A DNA stretch of 25,127 nucleotides from Octopus sinensis (taxonomy: Eukaryota), in the NCBI RefSeq assembly GCF_006345805.1, contig NW_021836121.1, forward strand, positions 1 to 25,127, written 5' to 3'. The position numbers and the translations under genes are program-made. How positions within the stretch are numbered: the first letter of the stretch is position 1; every line of letters starts with the position of its first letter. Below, in pieces: positions 20,891-25,127 of the stretch. The notes under the pieces were generated by a model. That model was not told where the DNA came from and ran no database searches. It saw only the letters and a list, made by a program, of their open reading frames with translations.

Positions 20891-21014
20891 CGCACTTCAA
20901 CAATACTCCGCAACTTTTTTTTCATTTGCGGTACCCTTATATTCTTTTCGAAATTCGGCGGCACACTTAAATTAATAATATAACTAAAAGTATGGGGGAA
21001 CAATTATGTTCAGG

Positions 21015-21086
21015 TTACGCTGCGGCACACCTAACACCATCTTGTAGCACCCCAGTGTGCCGCGGCATGCCGGTTGCGAAGCACTG
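21015..21086. mobile_element. hAT-like MITE terminus
   Basis: GC-rich end GTGTGCCGCGGCATGCCGGTTGCGAAGCACTG resembles hAT TIRs (CAGTG.TTC.CAAC); partner TIR not found. Confidence 0.45.
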
Positions 21087-21232
21087 CACTACAACAACAA
21101 AAGTGACAACAGATGTAAAACACCACCACAACCAGTCAGATTCTGTTGTGTTTGAGATTCTGTATCAATAGAATAGAACAACCTTAGGCCTCCTTTAGTA
21201 TTTTCTCTATCTTTCTGGCCGAAATATTACTA

Positions 21233-21798
21233 TTGGGTTGTCCGGAAAGTTCATGCAGATTTATAGCAGCTTACCTTTCGATTTATTTTAGAACATGGTT
21301 GAGTCCATAAAATAGGATTTGACTACACCTCCATTTAGAGCACAGTTCAAGCTATCTTTTCGTGGAAGAAGGTTTATGTTCCTATAACCTGTGTTAATTC
21401 TGTAACCCTTTAAAATGGAAGATAAGAAAGTTCATTTTCGGCACTTGATGCTTTGGGAACCAGACAAAAATTGCTGCAGCTCGGCTAGAATGTGTTACCC
21501 CACCCTCCATATTCACCAGATATTGCTCCTTCGGATTTCCACTTATTCAGGTTTCTGCAGAATAGTCTTAATGGTAAAAATGTCAATTCCTTGGATGACG
21601 TAAAAAGATACCTTGATGAATTCTTTGCCATGAAACCACCTCAATTCTGGGAAGAGGGTATTTTCAAGTTAAAGGAAAGATGGAGACATATTGTACAACA
21701 AAATGGTTCATATTTGGTTGATTAAAAATGTAATGGCAAGTATTTATTGACCTTTTTCTTGCCTTTAAAAATCAGCACGAACTTTCCGGACAACCCAA
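21233..21798 (+). mobile_element. Internally deleted mariner element
   Basis: 30-bp TIRs (21233-21262 and 21769-21798, 2 mismatches), TA TSDs; MEDKKVHFRHLMLWE fused near 21459 to RQKLLQLG*NVLPHPPYSPDIAPSDFHLFRFLQN...NGSYLVD*. Confidence 0.96.
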
Positions 21799-22004
21799 TA
21801 CAATTAAACTACACCACGCAACAAAACTTTTATTTTTGCTTGTCTTTGGTCAGTAAAAGCCGTTTGCTATTTGCTTCTATCTAGAAATCAAAGGAAATGG
21901 CTACTGTTTCCTTCACACTTTGTCTTTATGACCTGGGTATTAATGTTAGAAACTCACGTATTTTCCATTACATTTCAGACAGATTCAGCGTTGAGTTGCT
22001 GAAG

Positions 22005-22180
22005 CAGAAATATAGTTGTAGCAAATATTCTGCTCAATACCACAGGTTTGCTTGTCAGTTGCTTGACGTTCACCAGTTGAGCATGTCCTCAGAGGATGAC
22101 AATATGTGCATCTCTGATGATGAGCAGGAGTAGTGGGGGGGGGGAGCATTATATCCATGTGCTGAGAGGGATTCTTTGCG
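22005..22180 (+). mobile_element. Probable old SINE-like interspersed repeat fragment
   Basis: Sequence resembles a repeat I recall from cephalopod genomes; no second copy in the window to confirm. Confidence 0.35.
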
Positions 22181-22444
22181 GTTTTAGTAAATGTAATAAA
22201 AGCAAAATTTGAAGGAAATATTAGCCATTTTTCTTATTTTCTAAGGTAAGCGTATAGGAAATAATAGTTGCTATCCAAGGACAAAAATCGTGATGCACAA
22301 AATCAGCTATATTCATAATTTTATAATGATAATGAAGCATTTTTTCACACTTTGGCCCACTGCTCCAAAGTCAGGCCAGGGCGTAAAATCAAGAAAAACG
22401 ACATTTTTTGTGAAAAATCAAGGTAGTTTCTGTACAAAGATCCT

Positions 22445-23100
22445 GGCGTGACTGATGAAAACAAATAGCATATCTGGATTCACCTCAAAAATGTTCTTCA
22501 GAAACACGTATCTATTCAACAAAACCATTTCCGTCACCGGAGCTAATTTATGACTGAGGACAACCCAAAGAAGCCTTCAAACATGAATGTTTGGGCCCTA
22601 TCGCGAAGTATAGAGGTGGATCCAGTGCCATCTCAAGGCATGAGCAAATAAGGCAGTTGTCCAGGAGCCCAAGGGGTCTAGGAGCCCAAGAGTCTTGGAA
22701 CTCAAGGATTCTAGGGATCCAACTTTAATCTATGCTGTGGTTTGGTGTCAATAAATATTCACAATAGATCCATGTGCATTGATTTGCTCGGGAACCTATA
22801 AAGCTACTAGCACGGTTCTGGGTGGCTCTGTGATGATTTTGGCAGCCAAATCACGGAATTACTCTTGGCCTTTTAATTGTTCTACATGGAAGAGTTGAGG
22901 CCAAGGATTTTCTGAGTATTTCAGTTGATCATGTCCATCTTGAGATACAGAAATCATTCTTTGATGGTTGTGCGATCCACCAATGCAGTAATTAACTGTT
23001 TTACATGGCCAATGTTACTCAAAATTAGCACGAAGAATACAAAAATGAAAATCATAGAGTCTGGCTTCCACAATCACCGGATTTCAAAGTAATTAAATAT
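22445..23100 (+). pseudogene. Decayed Tc1-like transposase DDE region, split by a MITE
   Basis: QPKEAFKHECLGPIAKYRGGS|VMILAA is contiguous after removing the MITE and one TSD; ends VWLPQSPDFKVI (cf. WPxQSPDLNxIE). Confidence 0.78.
22623..22820. mobile_element. hAT-type MITE with 8-bp TSD
   Basis: GGTGGATC|CAGTGCC...CGGTTCTG|GGTGGCTC (TSD 7/8); imperfect CAG...CTG TIRs; internal ~16-bp GGAGCCCAAG repeats. Confidence 0.75.
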
Positions 23101-23101
23101 T

Positions 23102-23333
23102 AAGGACGGTGAGCTGGCAGAATTGTTAAAACGTCGGACAATATGCTTAGCGGTATTTCGTTTGTCTGAGTTCAAATTCCGCTGAGGTCGACTATAACCT
23201 TTCATCCATATGGGGTCGATAAAATATGTACCAGTTAAGCACTGGGGTCGAAGTAATCGAAAAACCTCCTCCACCCCAAACTTCAGGCCTTGTGCCTATA
23301 GTAGAAAGGATCATTATTACCATTATTATTATT
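23102..23333 (+). mobile_element. SINE family A variant with (ATT)n tail
   Basis: Similar to 8310-8470, with a different 3' end. Confidence 0.88.
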
Positions 23334-23421
23334 AAGGCGGCGAGCTGACAGAATCGTTACCACGCCGGTCAAAATGCTTAGTGGCACTTCATCCGTCTGC
23401 ATGTTCTGGGTTCAAATTCCC
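23334..23421 (+). mobile_element. SINE family A head, tandem after the previous copy
   Basis: AAGGCGGCGAGCTGACAGAATCGTTA...GGGTTCAAATTCC. Confidence 0.85.
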
Positions 23422-23507
23422 TGTGCCTTGTTTTATATATAAGTTACTTAAGTTGAGGCACCAGAGTTTAGTACGGTATTATCCATACAATTTCAAAGTA
23501 AGGTAAT

Positions 23508-23654
23508 TAAAATCAAAATAAGCAACAAGGATATCCAGAAATAATGCAGTACGATCGTTTCATGCAGCTCCATTTAATTGAACTTTAAATGGAGTTGTAT
23601 GAAACGATCGTACTGCATTACCTCTGGATATCCTTGTTGCTTATTTTGATTTTA
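23508..23654. repeat. Inverted repeat, 70-bp arms, 7-nt loop, 4 mismatches
   Basis: 23508-23577 versus 23585-23654; followed by (TA)n. Confidence 0.93.
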
Positions 23655-23714
23655 TATATATATATATATATATAATGGAATAATTACTATGAAGCATTGT
23701 GTAGAATATACTGT

Positions 23715-24048
23715 ATGTTAGTTAATTTTTTGGCTCAAAAAGCAAAAAGCAAGGCCATGCAGGGGGGCATGGAATTATGTACAGGGTGGTGTTCATGTAA
23801 AGAGTTCAGGCCACTTGTGGTCAAGGGAGACTTTGAACCGAACGGTCATCGGCATCTTCACCATCTCGTCCGGCAGCTTATTCCACGGATCCGCAACCCG
23901 GACGGAGAAAGCCCCTCTCCTTCGATTGAGATGAAATCGTCGCAGATAGAGCTTTTCGGAATGACCCCGCAGCCGACGCTCTAGAGCAGGAGTCAAGAAC
24001 AGCTCTTTCGAGAGGTTACACTTTCCGCTTATGATGTTGTGAGCAAGT
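23715..24048 (-). mobile_element. CR1/L2-group LINE 3' end
   Basis: RLRGHSEKLYLRRFHLNRRRGAFSVRVADPWNKLPDEMV...FKVSLD matches the ORF2 C-terminal RGH..KL...FS.RV...WN.LP motif. Confidence 0.85.
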
Positions 24049-24257
24049 ATTGTGGGTAAGGCCAGAACAGTGCGAAGTAAATCCCAAGAAAACAAATATA
24101 TGAATTAATGTAGACTTACCTTATATTCAATATTTCTTGAAAATGTAGTCATAACCCCGAAATATTGAATGCAAGGTAAGTCTACATTAGTTCACATATT
24201 TGTTTTCTTGTGATTTGCCTTGCATTTACTTCACATTGTTTTGGCCTTACCCACAAT
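24049..24257. mobile_element. Fold-back MITE-like inverted repeat
   Basis: Arms 24049-24136 and 24159-24257 (11-nt indel, several transitions), 22-nt spacer; TA on the left of TTGTGGG, TC on the right of CCCACAA. Confidence 0.75.
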
Positions 24258-24268
24258 CCTTTATACAA

Positions 24269-24290
24269 TGTGTGTGTGTGTGTGTGTGTG

Positions 24291-24327
<37 letters not shown>

Positions 24328-24456
24328 GTTAGGGTGTTTCCAGGGAAGCACTCGATCCGAATACTGGGCTATCAACATTGACGGGTTCCCGAGCAAAGCC
24401 AGAATTCTTCAGGTGTAGAAAATCCAAGTTTCACGACGATTATACCGTAAAATGGG

Positions 24457-24505
<49 letters not shown>

Positions 24506-24774
24506 CACGTGTGTGTGTATGTGTGCGTGCGTGTGTGTGTGTGTGTGCGTGTGTGTGTGTGTGTGTGTTGCTTCTCACCAGCAACAGTTTCTTTTTGCTC
24601 TTTGGTTATCTTCAACTGTCTCTTCTTGCCTTTAGCTATCTACCTCCCTTGCCCCTCCCTCCCTCCCTCTCTCATCCTCATACTGTCTTCTCTGTTCTTT
24701 TCTATCTCTTTTCTGCCGCCTTCTTTTCCTCCTCCCCTACCTCACTAGTCCCCACTCCTCCTCCCCTCTTTTGG

Positions 24775-24841
<67 letters not shown>

Positions 24842-25000
24842 TCCATACATCCTTTCTTTTTCTCTCACACATACACCCTTTCTCTTTCTCCATTCATATA
24901 ATAAATACCGTACATTTTTCATCTTTATACATTGACATTTACACTATCCAGATCGTCTGCAAACGTAAAAATCGCTTTCCTCTCCCTCTTCCTCTTACTT

Positions 25001-25031
<31 letters not shown>

Positions 25032-25127
25032 GCCATCTCCAAACTTTATCCCCCTTACACACACCTCTTAGTTACAATTCTGCCTCTCTCCCTCTCTTTC
25101 TCTCTCTCTCTTTTTCTCCACTTTCTC
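24269..25127. repeat. (TG)n/(CA)n/(TA)n microsatellites followed by a CT-rich polypyrimidine tract
   Basis: Direct reading; short unique islands at 24325-24458, 24569-24640 and 24890-24980. Confidence 0.9.

Noticed and set aside
24329-24334. TTAGGG telomeric unit
   Set aside because: Single copy, expected by chance.

Overview
AT-rich, microsatellite-saturated eukaryotic non-coding DNA (intronic or intergenic). The SINE families and repeat landscape look like Octopus or another coleoid cephalopod; this is inferred from recognition, not from a search. I find no credible host protein-coding gene: almost all listed ORFs are translations of microsatellites, SINEs or decayed transposons. The window is a layered transposon graveyard. 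It holds about 13 tRNA-headed SINE copies or fragments (three with clear TSDs), RTE, CR1-group and R4/Dong-like LINE 3' ends, two non-autonomous Helitrons, an internally deleted mariner, an old fragmented Tc1 and hAT-type MITEs. The most interesting part is a Penelope-like element (PLE) hotspot at about 7.1-16.7 kb. It includes a young 2.6 kb fold-back PLE (RT + GIY-YIG) and several (TA)n-embedded terminal-repeat fragments. These carry type I hammerhead-ribozyme-shaped motifs with non-canonical cores (CCGANGA in two different repeat families, CUGUAGAA in a third). Six long inverted repeats lie between 12.7 and 24.3 kb. All coordinates were read by eye and may be off by a few bases; all family assignments need database confirmation.
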